63,890 nucleotides of DNA, filler included, from Reticulomyxa filosa (GCA_000512085.1; 20 parts of 20 records of this genome joined end to end with filler, not necessarily neighbours in it), one strand, 5' to 3'; numbered from the whole stretch's first letter, positions 49,881 to 62,764 are shown. Notes: generated from the letters alone by a model not told the origin. Program-made: numbers and translations.

Positions 49881-51081
49881 TTCCTTTTTTTTTTGTTACA
49901 AAAAAAAAAAGATGTAGTCATAAATAACTTAAAAGGAAAAAAGTCATGATAACTACCTTTTTTTAATCCTGTAAGTTGAAGAGTGAAGAAATCATTTAAT
50001 TGAAGTTGTCAGAATTTTTTCATTATTTCAAAGGTGCATGATTATTGTCCTCTTTTTTACAGTAGTAACTACAAAATCGAATTGGTTAATTTGCTAATTT
50101 ACAAAAAGTACAACTTTATGTCAATCTTTTGCATAACATTATCTTTACTTTGTTTGATAAAAAGATAAAAAGATTTGATTTATTCTTAACAATGATTAGC
50201 ACATTGAATAAAAATGACATATTTTGACAATGTATTGATATGATTACTAAATCATTTCAGTGACAGTATGTCCTCCAATCTTTGAAACAATTGAATTTTT
50301 GGAATGACAAATAAAAATGAACAAACGCATATACACCAATTTTGGATTAAAAAAAAAATAAGTCAAAAGACTATATTTTTTCATATTATTATCACCCAAC
50401 AGTCGCATTGAGTTTAGACTTTAGAGTCAACTATTTCATCCATTTTATTCAAAAATAATACAAAATAGTAATCATTTTTTTTTAAATCAAATTTATTTAT
50501 TAAATTTTGATAAATAATTTGGTCCGAATTGTGAGATATAATCAACATTAGAAATATATATGAATGTGAAAAACGGTAGAAACACAATGAACATAAGGAA
50601 CAGTTGGAGTCATAATGGACTCAAGATTGTGTTCATAAAAAATTTTTTTTGTTTTCAGATTCATTGTTTCTATTTCATTGTCAAAATGTAAGTTTTTATA
50701 AACAAACAAACAAAAAAATGTATTAATTTGTTCAATATATGACAACAATAAAAAAAAAAATTAATTTGGAATTCAAATATAAATAACAAAATAATCATAT
50801 ATAAACATAGATAAACCAGAGTCGATATCAAATGTTGCAAGTGTTGGTATTCTCGTTCGTGTTCGCAAATATGTGTTCATGTCGCAATAATAATAATAAT
50901 AATAATAATAATCATCATCACTGTTATAGTCATCGTTGTTATCATCGAAATGTTTTGGCGCATAGTATGTGATGACAAGCGNNNNNNNNNNNNNNNNNNN
51001 NNNNNNNNNNNNNNNNNNNNNNNNNTTAATTAATTAANNNNNNNNNNNNNNNNNNNNNNNNNNNNNNNNNNNNNNNNNNNN

Positions 51082-51623
51082 CCGACGACCACACCCGCGC
51101 CTGTGCCGCGGCGGCGCTGGGCGAGCCGTTGACCGTGCACCCCGAGGCCCGCGCACTGATCGAAGGCCGTTTTGGCGACGAAGCCTACCCGCACCGCATC
51201 AATATGGGCACCTTCCCGGCCAGCGCCAGCATCATCCCCAACCCGGTCAACCAGATTCCCGGCTTCAGCTGCGCCAACGTGCACTTTGTGCCCGGCTTCC
51301 CGAATATGGCGTGGCCGATGGTGGAGTGGGTGCTGGATACCCACTACCGTCAGCTGTTCAGCGACAGCCCGGACGTCGAGCGCGGCTGCATTGCGCTGGA
51401 CGCACGCGAAGGCGACCTGATCAGCCTGATGCAAGACTTTGTCGCCCGCTACCCGGCCTTGCGCCTGTCCAGCCTGCCCAGTTTCGGCAACGAGCGTATT
51501 GCGCAGATGCATATCGAGTTCGGTTTCAGCGGCCAGCCGGCGCTGGTGGACATCGCACTGAGCGAATGGCAAAAAGCGCTACAAGCTAAGGGCTATACCG
51601 TGCAGGCCAAGACTGAGTGCTAA
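51082..51623 (+). CDS. Bacterial CinA-like / molybdopterin-binding domain protein (5' truncated)
   Basis: T.DDHTRACAA, IIPNPVNQIPGFS, FVPGFPNMAWPMVEWVLD. GC-rich and intron-less. Confidence 0.85.
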
Positions 51624-51630
51624 TCGCCAC

Positions 51631-51661
51631 AAGGTTGGCCGCCACCGCCGTGGCCAACCTT
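51631..51661 (+). terminator. Stem-loop after the cinA-like stop codon
   Basis: AAGGTTGGCC...GGCCAACCTT 10-bp stem starting 8 nt after TAA; the U-tail is weak. Confidence 0.55.
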
Positions 51662-51731
51662 GCTGTGCTTGACCGCACGCCATCGTGCTGACCATACTGG
51701 CACTTCGATAAATACCGCCAAGGAGACCGAC

Positions 51732-51773
51732 ATGGAAAAAATGGATATTGCCACCGTGCCGGTCACCGTCTGA
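51732..51773 (+). promoter_or_regulatory. Putative leader peptide MEKMDIATVPVTV upstream of the rsgA-like gene
   Basis: Strong Shine-Dalgarno AAGGAG at 51720-51725, 6 nt before the ATG. The 13-codon ORF is followed by hairpins. Confidence 0.55.
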
Positions 51774-51931
51774 GCGGGTATCACGCTGTTCCCCTGCGCC
51801 ACGCGCATCCTGCTTTACCCCTCATTCCGTGTCACCGGCTACCTCATACCGGTGCTGCAGCCTGGCTGCAGCGTAGGCCCTTTACGGGCATGGCTCGCGT
51901 GTCTGCACGCGCGCCCGTCACGGAAACCTTC

Positions 51932-52984
51932 ATGTTTACATTCGATTTTACCCGTCTGGCCGCCATCGGCCTGACGCCCGCGCTGTTGCAATCGCTGCTG
52001 CAACAGGCGCAATACGACGCCACCCTGTGCCGTGTCAGTGAAGTGCAGCGAGATGTCATTACCGTCCATGATGGCGAACACGAGCACGTTTGCCGCCTGG
52101 GTAGCGGCCTGTGGCAAGCCCTGCAAGCCGACGACGGCATCGCAGTGGGTGACTGGGCACTGGCCCGTTGCGATAGCCACGGCGGCTGGTGGCTGCTGCA
52201 GCGTTTTGCCCCGGCGGCGGCACTGTCGCGGCGCGACAGCCACGGTCAGCGCCAGCGCATTGCCAGCCCATATCGATACGGCCTTGCTGGTGATGGGGCT
52301 GGATGGCGACTTCAACCTGCGCCGGCTGGAGCGCTACCTGAGCATGGTGCAGGCCGCCGGCATCAGCCCGGTGGTGGTGCTGAGCAAGGCCGACCAGTGT
52401 GCCGACCCCGACGCGGCCATCCAGGCGGTGCGCCAGCGTATACCGCACTGCCAGCACGTGCTGGCGCTGAACGGCACCGATGCTGCCAGTTGCGGCCAAC
52501 TGGCGCCGTGGCTGGGGGCAGGGCAGACGCTGGTGCTGCTGGGTAGCTCCGGTGCCGGCAAGTCCACGCTGGGCAACACATTGTTGGGCGACGCACGCCA
52601 GCAAACCGGTGCGGTGCGGAGGGCGACAGCCGTGGCCGGCACACCACCACGGCGCGCAGCTTGCACTGCCTGCCGGGCGGAGGGTGCCTGATCGATACCC
52701 CTGGCGTGCGTACGCTGCAGCCCGACCTGGATGCTGAGCAGCTGGCCGACAGCTTTGCCGATATCCAGGCGCTGGCGGCGCATTGCCAGTTCCGCGATTG
52801 CCGCCATCAGCAAGAGCCTGGCTGTGCGGTGCGCAATGCGGTGGATGCTGACCGGCTGCACAACTACTTCAAGCTGCTGCGCGAGGCGCAGCGCGGCGAG
52901 GAAAGCCTGTTGCAACGCAAGGCTCAGCAAGCGGTATGGAAACGGCGCAGCAAGGCGATGCGGCAAAAGCAGAAGCTGGAATAA
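51932..52984 (+). CDS. rsgA: Ribosome small subunit-dependent GTPase RsgA-like (two frameshifts)
   Basis: AVGDW OB-fold, [33 protein letters not shown] and the [14 protein letters not shown] zinc site. Frameshifts at ~52270 and ~52620. Confidence 0.92.
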
Positions 52985-53136
52985 AGCTGACACAGGCGGG
53001 CGGTGCGTTACCGCGTGCTGCCCGTCTGCTGTGCCACGGTGTCTGGCTTGTTTCTGCTTATGTCATTTGCAATAATACTGACCTTAGCCAGCCAACCCGT
53101 GGGTGAGCCAGCCAGCAATTTTCTACGAGGCGCCCC

Positions 53137-53508
53137 ATGTCCCACTCCGTTTCATTACACCGATACGCGCTTGCCAGCCTGCTCTGCATGCTGGCTGCTA
53201 GCCATGCTGTTGCAGCCGATACGCCAGATACGCTTGTACAGCAAGCTCACCATCTGCTGGAGCAAGGCCAGCCGGAAGCCGCGCTGCCGTTGCTGGAGAA
53301 CGTGCTGGCCAGCCAGCCACAGCACGCCGCCGCGCGTTTCAACCGTGGCGAGCTGCTGCGCGGGCAAGGCAAGCTGGCACCTGCGCTGGTCGATCTCGAC
53401 GTCGCGGTGGCGAATGCGCCGGGCAATGCCCGCTACCTGGGTACGCGTTGCGTGGTCCGAGTGCAAGCCGGGCAGGCCGAGGCCGGGCTGGCAGACTGCC
53501 AGCAGGCA
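53137..53508 (+). CDS. Bacterial exported TPR protein (3' truncated)
   Basis: Signal peptide (ALASLLCMLAASHAVA) followed by TPR helices. Confidence 0.8.
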
Positions 53509-54575
53509 NNNNNNNNNNNNNNNNNNNNNNNNNNNNNNNNNNNNNNNNNNNNTTAATTAATTAANNNNNNNNNNNNNNNNNNNNNNNNNNNNNNNNNNNN
53601 NNNNNNNNATAATAATAATAATGACTTAAATGCTCATAGCTCTGATGATGATGATGACGATTGGGAAAAAGAGTTCATGGACTTCACTCATCAGAATGAA
53701 AGTCTACCCTGCCAAACTGCTCCTTCTAGAAATACTACTGGTCAAGTTGATCCTCGCGTTTCCACTGCTTTGTAAAATAGTCTTGTACGTCTTTCCTTTG
53801 CTTTTTTTATCCCTCCTTCTTTCCTCTCCTTTTTTTTTTTCCATTGTTTGTCAAAAAAAAAAATTCTTCTCCAATAATCCTAATTTCAAAAAAAAAAAAA
53901 CAAAACTAAATAAAATGGCAGGTTTTAATTTTATGTAACTGTACAAATTCGAAAAAAGCTAATACTCTACCTTGCAGGAGAGTGTTCTTTTAGTATCATA
54001 GAAAAAATATGTTCTAATATTTATTTTGTAATGGCAAAAAAAAAGGCTAACAGAAAAGAATAAATACATTTCTTTAATAAAAAAAAGCTCACATTATTTC
54101 AAACGTTAGAAAACAGTTTTGAAACTTTTATTGGAGTGTTTCCATTCGTCAAAACAACCCTTCAAAAAAAAAAAAAGGATAGACTTCAAAATAAAAAAAA
54201 TAGAAAATGGCCACAGGAATTGAAGCGGACTTTGAAGACCTGGTAGAATATTTGTTTTGGGATTGTCCATTAGATGACACAAATCAAATTGCGCAGATTG
54301 CTCGAATAGTTGCAGATTTTGCAGACTTGCAGATAGTAATAACCGTTGAGTTAACCCAAGCGTGATAAAAATATGAAAGTGTACACAAATAAAAAAAAAT
54401 GATGACACCCAAACAGACAAAATTTAGTTTCGATCCGGTGTCGACGAAAAAGATATCGAGGCGAACGGCAGTGGCCGACATATCCGACGACAACATACTT
54501 CATCTCTTATACGAGCTGAACCCGTATGAAAAGGCGTGTGGCCTCGTTAAAATAAACAAATTCAAAAGGCGGAAA

Positions 54576-54618
<43 letters not shown>

Positions 54619-54785
54619 NNNNNNNNNNNNNNNNNNNNNNNNNNNNNNNNNNNNNNNNNNNNTTAATTAATTAANNNNNNNNNNNNNNNNNNNNNNNNNN
54701 NNNNNNNNNNNNNNNNNNAAATAAGAAATATATTTATTTATTTTTATTTAAATTAAATGAAATACAAAAATAGAATAAACATAAC

Positions 54786-54896
54786 ATAATTGACAACTAG
54801 TTTATCGAAATCATTTATCCATCCAAATTTAATGTTTAGTATTCGAATCCAATACTGGATAATGATTTGGAATTCTTTTTTTTCTTGCTGATTCAT
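54786..54896 (-). CDS. First exon of another WD40-family gene (shared helical module)
   Basis: MNQQEKKEFQIIIQYWIRILNIKFGWINDFDKLVVNY|GT, homologous to exon 674-772 with the same splice junction. Confidence 0.75.
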
Positions 54897-55959
54897 AAGA
54901 AGCACACGCAATAAATAAATAAAAACTTGAAGATAATCAACTTTGAAATAAAACTTACCACTACTAGTTGAGTTAAAGTTTGTTTATGATTGATAAGAGC
55001 TTTCATTTTGCAACTGGTTTGTTTTTTTGCTTGGAACGTCTTCAATGATGTAAAATGGAAACTTTTAACTTTTTTTTTTAAGTTCAACGAAGGGACTTCA
55101 AAAATAGAATTTTGCAATATCTGTGTTTTTTCTTAATGAAAAAAAAATAAAATTGATTTTGAAATATATATTTCATTACAATTAGTAGAATATCTAGATG
55201 ATATAACAGCACAAAATAAATAGCAAAATATTTCAAATATTGTATTTTTTTAATTTTTGTATAGTATCACATACGATTGTTTTTGTAGTAATTCGTGATT
55301 TACATCTTTTCTGTTTTGAAGAATCCAGAATATTATTTAAAACTTGAAATATTGTTATTGCCATTGACTCTTTTCAAAGAACTACAATAGATAACATATT
55401 CAATGCTTTTATTTGATAATATTTTAAAAAGAAGAATTGAAAAGAAAATTCAAAAATGGTTTAATCAAAATAGTGTGTGTGTGGGAAGTCTCAATTATCA
55501 AAGAGAGAAAGACTTAGTAAATGGAAAGAAAAAAAAGAACATTAAAGAAATAGAAAATCCAAATACCACTGAAGTAAATATTTTTGGCAAAATGGCTCAA
55601 ATTACGCTTCAATGAGTCTTTCTTTATCTTCAAAAAAGATTGTTTTTTTTTTTATTATAAGTATTGTTCATTCATATCCTGCTTCAGGAAAAAATATTAT
55701 TTTTAGTAATGCACGTTGTTTTGAGTGTTTAATACTATACAAAAAACAATAGCAAATAGACATTCAAAAAATTAGTAGTGAAGAAAATGCAATACTTAAA
55801 ATATTTTACAACTTATTTTGATTTTAGATACAAGTCTTATTTATTATGCTTTTCAACTCTTTCAAAAATTGGATGTAGATAAAACACATCCTTCAATGCT
55901 TGCACTAAATTAAATTAAATACTTTTTTTTAATCAAATGTTTCAAAAAAGAAAAATACT

Positions 55960-56350
55960 TCCATCCCCAAATATGAATGGGACCATTGCCTGAACCATAA
56001 ATCATAAGTAATATTCTTTGTCATCTCTTTCTTTTTCAATAAAATAAATGTAAGACAAATTATTTCATTATATCCTTTGATTATATACAATTGATTCTTA
56101 TTTGATCGAATATTCAAAAAACGAATTGTATTATCATTTGATTCAGAATATATTATCAGTATGTTCATTGAATATATTCAATTGTTGATTATTTTTGATA
56201 TCCCAAAAACGAATGATGTTGTCATATGATGAAGAACAAATAACATTACAATGAAGATTGCGGTAATGATATAACGAAAATCTCACACAATATACATAAC
56301 TTGAATGCCCATTGAATGATTAAAGATTGTAGTTGCCTGATAATAACAAC
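55960..56350 (-). pseudogene. Decayed WD40-family fragment
   Basis: VICSSSYDNIIRFWDIKNNQ and NDNTIRFLNIRSNKNQLY, with deletions and stops. Confidence 0.8.
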
Positions 56351-56609
56351 AAATAAAGATTTGAACATATTGATTGTCATTTGAATGAAAAGCAAATAGT
56401 ATTGAGTAATATGAACTTTTACCTTAAATAAGGAATGCAATTTCATTTTGCAATTATATCATATCATAATCACAATTTTGCATACGTTGTTTCTTTTTCT
56501 TACCCCCTTTTTGAAGGAGCCCTACAAAAAATTTTTGAGAATTTTCTATCAATTAATAAATCTCTGACAACATAGAAAACAAACAAATCAAAGTAAACGA
56601 AGCAAAAAC

Positions 56610-58037
56610 ATGAACAAGCTTGGAGATGAGAACATGAAAGAAAAAGAAGGATTTGTTGAAACTATAATAACATCAGTTCCTTTTGTTCGGCAGTGCTTTG
56701 ACAAAAATTGGGTGTTGCAATTGAACCCACAAGAACAAATTGGTCATTGCATTTGTTTGATTTGCAAACAAGTTGCAAATAATCCAGTTGAAATTAATTG
56801 TCCCCAACACGAAGACATGGACGAAGCATTGATTGCTGGAGAGAATTGTCTAAAACAATTTCTCAAAAATAATAATAATAAATGTCCTGTTCAACCTCAT
56901 GACGGTTGTCAGTACTATAAAGTAAAAGCAATGCAAAAACAAATAAATGAACTAAATGTCATATGCCAAATGCAATTTAATCAAGATTTGAAAACGATAG
57001 GAATGAATGAAGAAGGACAAACAGATGGTGATATGACTGTGATATGTGATTTTAAAGGGAAAATAAGAGATATGAATGAACATTTAAATACATCATGTGC
57101 ATTAAAAGTATCCAATTGTTGGTTTAGACAATTTGGATGTGAATATTCTTGTCCCGATAAAGATTTAAAACATCATTTGATTGAAAATATGAGACAACAT
57201 TTTGATTTCGTAATTAAGAAATTCGAATTGATGCAACAAATAATCAAACAACAACAAGTTTATCATTCTTTTTTTTTTTTTTTATTAAAATTAATAACAT
57301 AATTGAATAATTGAATAATTAAACAATAAATATAGGATGAGATTAAACAGTTGAAATCAGAAAAAGAGCTAAATGAAAAAAAACAAGATGAAGAAATTTC
57401 AAAAATAAATAATAATAATCTAATATTAAAACAACAATTAGTATGTTTCATTTTCTTATTTCTATTTTAAAATACAAACATATAACATATAACATTAATT
57501 AGAACAATCAATCCACTGAAATTCAACAATTAAAAAAAGAGACGCAATTCAAAGATAATAAAATAAATGTTAATTATAACGAAGATAAAAAAGATAATGA
57601 TTACAATCATCAATTATTACAATCCAAATATATAGCGTCGTCTACATTCAACTTTGATTTGTTTCGCTCATCATCCAAAATATTCAACACATTAAAAGGA
57701 CATGCCGGAATTGTGTGGAGTATTGATTATTCAACATTTGATGGTAATCAATTCATTTGTTCTGGGTCATCTGATAGAACAGTTCGTTTATGGGATGTTG
57801 ACAACAACAAACAAATTCAATCATTCGATGGCCATTTAGATTATGTGTACTGTGTGAAATTTTCGCCATATCATTACTATAATCATCATCGAAATGTCAT
57901 TTGTTCTCCATCACTTGACAAAACCATTCGTTTTTGGGATATCAAAAATAATCAACCATTCAAATTATTTAATGAGTGCACTAATGGCATTTGTGGAATT
58001 GAATTTTCATCATTTAATGGTGGTAGATATTTGTGTT
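56610..58037 (+). CDS. RING-like - TRAF zinc fingers - coiled coil - WD40 protein (TRAF7-like architecture), 3' truncated
   Basis: CLICKQV...CPQH...GENCL...CPVQPH; CDFKG...HLNTSC; CWFRQFGC...HHL; two short coiled-coil exons; WD40 repeats from ~57660. Confidence 0.88.
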
Positions 58038-58559
58038 CTGGATCATATGACAAAACANNNNNNNNNNNNNNNNNNNNNNNNNNNNNNNNNNNNNNNNNNN
58101 NTTAATTAATTAANNNNNNNNNNNNNNNNNNNNNNNNNNNNNNNNNNNNNNNNNNNNATCTTCAAAATCTTCAAATCTTGGAAGATGTTGCCAAAAAAAG
58201 ATACTTCCAAACTAGTTTCAAGTTTTTTGCTTTGTACTTGTCAGATGATCAGATATATATATTTTTTTTTAACTTCTACTGCACATCGGGCACTCGCTGA
58301 TAACAAGGCTTGTGAAGGCGATTGGAGAGTCGAGGCAAGGTGTCTTTACCCTAATTGGATCTACTGCAAGCCATGTTGGGACAAAATACCCCACTCTAAT
58401 GGTAAGGAAAAAAAAAATCCTTATCTCAAGCCATAAGTAGGGGTACAAATCCTGCGTCTTACGAATGTCCAAATACATTCCCATGGCGAAAAAAGTTTCC
58501 AACATTCAAAATGTGGAGGTCGTTGTTTGTTCCAACTCCCGGGACCCCCAAACGTGGAT

Positions 58560-59300
58560 TACAGTTTGCTGGCAACAGTCTTCATTAAAACTGGATATTT
58601 TATTTTTGATCATAGTGACTTGATTTCTGTCATTTATTTGATAGCACATTTTAAAGCGCAGCAGTTCCCTTTCCTAAAATTGTGAGCTACTGGATTTTTA
58701 TGGAACTTGGAGGATATCAACCGGTCTGATCAAAATCTACGTTGGTATTCCTCAATTTTATGAATGAAATATTTTAATGTTTTTGATTATTGTTTTTATG
58801 TTTTACAAATTCGTTGGTCTTTTCCCTTTGGTTGTTTAAGGATTTTGCAATTTTTTGTTTGTTGATTACTTTGTAAGACATTGTATTCTTAGTACTGTAT
58901 TCGGTGTGAGTGATGTGCCATTAGAACAAAATTTGCATCAGAACAACCTATAGCATTTCCTGTATTGCTTTTGGCCTTAATTTGCTTTTGTCGAATGGTT
59001 CCACTTTCACCATTGAATATCATTGTCTTTTAATATCTTGACAACATCTTCAGTCTTGGATAGAAACACTTTGACAATTAGCATCTTATGGAATCATTTA
59101 ACTTCTTGTATTTGATATACATAATCTTCCAATGTCTCCCTGATTTCATTATCGCTTTTGCGAGTTGATACTCCTCGAAGCAGGATAATACAACTTGAAG
59201 CGTCGAATATTGATGCTTTGCTTCCTTCGCAATATCATCCGTCTGGTCTCTTTCGTTTATGGCTCCATATCATTATTCGACGTATATCTAATTCCATTTC
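58560..59300 (-). mobile_element. Possible LINE ORF1 (gag-like) remnant
   Basis: The minus strand at ~58900-59010 reads KVEPFDKSKLRPKAIQ, KCYRL, CKFCS, resembling a pre-knuckle segment and decayed zinc knuckles. Confidence 0.4.
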
Positions 59301-59329
59301 CAATGCCACTATGCATACTGGCATTTGAT

Positions 59330-60830
59330 AATTCACTAGTGGCAGACATCACATTATGTTTATCGTCTATTCTTCCATTAATTGGTAATTGGATAATGGA
59401 TGATGTTGAATTGGATTTGCACTCAGATCATCTTCCAATCACGTTCAATATCAAAACCACTTGGAATCTGATAAGTAATAAATAGTAACAATTTAGATCG
59501 AGATTAAAAACGAATATTGAAAATTGGATGAAATCTATTGATCAAATTGTATCGAGAGATCAAGATTCTTGGACCAAATATGTTGTTGAAGCTGGAGAAT
59601 CGACAATTGGTATCAAGACAATTTAGATTGACAGCCTCTTATCAGATCGACTTGGAAGAGTTTATTGAATGTATGGAATTCAATACTGGAGTTCCCCATC
59701 CCCAATATTATTTCTACTGTATATCAATGATTTACCAACAGTCGTTTATCAACCTATTCAATGTGGAGATGACGTGGCTACTTTGGACATCGATATTTAC
59801 AAGTAATGTCAATGAAATGAGTGACCAATTGCAAAGTCTTGATGACGTATCCATTTGGTCGAATAAATGGAAAATGTTATTTGCAGCTGATAAGACGCAG
59901 TGCATCACATTCAGATATCAAAATAAGAGGAAATTCCAAAAGATGCAATTGACATTGCAGCACAAACCTGAAAGGATTCGATCATGTAAAGTATCTTGGA
60001 TTGTTTCTTGGTTCTCACATGACTTATTCCAAGCATATTAATTACATCTATGGCAAAGCACCTATGTTCATTCAAATGTGTCAGACCAAGTCTACGTATA
60101 ATCTATTACAAGACCACTATTCGTCCGAGTCTCGAGTATGCATCAGCATTTTGGAATGGTGCAGCAGATACGATTGTAAATGATACAAAGGATTGCAATA
60201 TATCGAACCAGACTGCTCTTGAACTAAGACAAGAAGAGGTGAAGTTGTATCATAAATTTATCAGATGGTCAGGTCGATTAAATGGTCATAATCTTGTATT
60301 AGAATACAAGATTTGGAATGAATTACATATCATTGATTGTTAAATTATCGACATTATCCCGTGGTGCATCAATGAAGCCGATGCGACAGTTGAACCAGAT
60401 TCACTCACATCCGTTCCTCTAATGCAAATTGCAATGATGCCACAATTAAGTAAATCACCATTTGCGATCTTCAATGAATCAACATCAGATGATCATTGGA
60501 TTTTGGAAGTACATTCCCGAATCCTGTAATTGGTACTTGCAAGAAAGCGGCATTCCTGAATAATCATGGATTAAATCCCTTCTTTACAGAGAAATGGAAT
60601 AGACATTGGATTTGCGAATGGATTGATATTCCAAGACATATAATGCCACGATATTTCTTATCTAACCTGATGGAGGCTCAATCATTTGAAAAGATTGTAT
60701 TACATTCATTAATATTTAGATCATTTGTCGATTGATTACTGGCAAAATTGGACTGATCATTTGCATAATATACAAAGATCAGATTCTCTCGATTGTATTT
60801 GGTGTGATGAAACAATTCATTATTGGGGAT
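59330..60830 (+). mobile_element. Decayed non-LTR retrotransposon ORF2 (APE endonuclease, RT, C-terminal zinc finger)
   Basis: DITL...SDHLPI (endonuclease), TGVP, LLYINDLP, WSNKWKMLFAADKTQCI, VKYLGL, YKTTIRPSLEYASAFW, HNIQRSDSLDCIWCDETIH. The last motif matches the remnant at ~27450. Confidence 0.9.
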
Positions 60831-61224
60831 CGATCGTGGAAACCAGATGTCAGGATCAAAGCAGCAGCCAAGTTTGTAGTCGATACCGAATAATTGTCAA
60901 GTTTTCTCAAGTAAATCAATTTAAATTGAAACTTTGTTTTTCTTTTGATTATTTTGTAAGCTTTTGTGTGTCTTTTTTGTTTTTGTGTTTCTTTTTTGAG
61001 TAAAAAGCAGTGCAAGTTGATGATGAAGCGAGAGAGTAGTCCAACACTTGACACGCCCCTACTGCAGCCCATCTAAAAAAAAAGAAATTAAAAGAATGGA
61101 AAAAGAATTTGCAATGGTGGGATCAAAATAATCAACAGACATTAGATTGTATTGTGGAATCTTGGACTAGAAAATGCAGAACAGAATTGAATTATAGGAA
61201 ATACAAGCGAGCAGCAAAAGAAAA

Positions 61225-61444
61225 CTAAAGCAAGAAAAACAAGGATGATAAACTTGGTCTGACTCCTTTGTATGAACATAAGTATGTTAAATATTCACGT
61301 TTCCTCGCTGCCTTGCCGTATACGTAATTAACATGCTTGGAATAAGTCATGTGAGAATCAAGGAACAATCCAATATACTTCACATGGTCACATTCCTTCA
61401 AATTTGCCTGCTGTAATGTCTTATCTTCCATTTGTTGGACCAAA
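61225..61444 (-). mobile_element. Second, inverted fragment of the same LINE (RT thumb)
   Basis: HVKYIGLFLDSHMTYSKHVNYVYGKA closely matches 59985-60060. Confidence 0.88.
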
Positions 61445-61544
61445 NNNNNNNNNNNNNNNNNNNNNNNNNNNNNNNNNNNNNNNNNNNNTTAATTAATTAA
61501 NNNNNNNNNNNNNNNNNNNNNNNNNNNNNNNNNNNNNNNNNNNN

Positions 61545-62618
61545 CCGACGGCCTGAAAGCGCTGCGTCAGAAGATCCTGTCGCTGAAGATCGGCGACAGC
61601 GGCTACGTCTACGTGCTGGACGCCAAGGCACGTCCGGGCGAGCTATTGATCCACCCCAGCAAGGAAGGCAAGAACATGCTGGACAGCGTGGACGCCGACG
61701 GCCAGACCTTCGTCAAGACCATGCTGTCGCAACAGCAGGGCCTGATCCGCTACAACTGGCTGGACCCGGATAAAACCACGCCGCGCGTGAAGCTGGCGAC
61801 CTTCGTGTCTTACCCGCACTGGGGCTGGCTGGTGGCCACCAGCGCCTACCAGGACGAGCTGGTGCGCGAACCACGCGAAATGCAGGTGAAGATGCTGCTG
61901 GGTACGCTGCTGGTGATCGCACTGCTGATTGCGCTGGTATTTGTGGCGATGCGCCGCTGGGTCAGCCAACCGCTGTCGCGCCTGGTGGCCACCACCCGCC
62001 GCGTGGCCGCCGGCGACCTCACCGTCAGCATTGCCGTGGATCGCCACGCGAAATCGGCAAGTACTACAGGCCAGCAACCAGATGTGCCAGGAGCTGCGCC
62101 AGCTGATCAGCGAGGTCAACCAGAGCGTCGATGGCCTGGCGCGCAACGCCCAGGGCCTGGCCGCGCTGTCGGAAGACGTCTCCGGCAGCTCGCAAGAGCA
62201 AAGCCGCGCCGTGGCCGCCATGGCGGCCTGCGTCGAGGAGATGACGCAGAGCATCGGCCAGGTGAGCCAGTACGCCAGTGACGCGCGCGAGCTGGCCATC
62301 CAGTCCGACCAGGTATCGCAAACCGGCGAAGTGATTGTTGGCCGCACCGTGCAGACCGGTAGTACCGCCGCCACCGTTACCCAGCTGGGCGAGCGTTCGG
62401 AGCAGATCAGCCGCGTGGTGACCGTGATCCGCGACATTGCCGACCAGACCAACCTGCTGGCGCTGAACGCCGCCATCGAAGCCGCCCGCGCCGGCGAGAT
62501 GGGGCGTGGCTTTGCCGTGGTGGCCGACGAGGTGCGCAAGCTGGCCGAGCGCACCGCCAGCTCCACCACCGAAATCGCGCAGATGATCAACACCATGCAG
62601 GGCAAGTCGGACGACGCC
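61545..62618 (+). CDS. Bacterial methyl-accepting chemotaxis protein (Cache-TM-HAMP-signalling domain), partial, frameshifted
   Basis: [12 protein letters not shown]...LLIHP Cache domain, a TM segment, HAMP (PL...VAAGDLT) and [40 protein letters not shown]. Frameshift at ~62050. Confidence 0.96.
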
Positions 62619-62764
62619 NNNNNNNNNNNNNNNNNNNNNNNNNNNNNNNNNNNNNNNNNNNNTTAATTAATTAANNNNNNNNNNNNNNNNNNNNNNNNNN
62701 NNNNNNNNNNNNNNNNNNTTTTTTTTTTTTTTTTTGTGATTTAAAAAAACAAACAAAAAAAAGG

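Noticed and set aside
51932-52984. Programmed frameshifting or pseudogenisation of rsgA (also Pol X, Cdc123-like, RPEL, MCP)
   Set aside because: These are isolated 1-nt indels, mostly in short homopolymers, in otherwise intact genes. Sequencing error is more parsimonious, and reads are needed to decide.
51030-53560. Many overlapping ORFs in the GC-rich contigs
   Set aside because: Expected from stop-codon scarcity at high GC; the real genes are explained by recognisable motifs.
50982-53608. Horizontal transfer or genomic island of bacterial genes in the host genome
   Set aside because: The bacterial sequence begins and ends exactly at spacers, with no host-bacterial junction.
2182-62718. 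Regularly recurring TTAATTAATTAA motif as a biological repeat or CRISPR-like array
   Set aside because: It is always embedded in identical N padding, so it is an assembly concatenation linker. ORFs running into it are artefacts.
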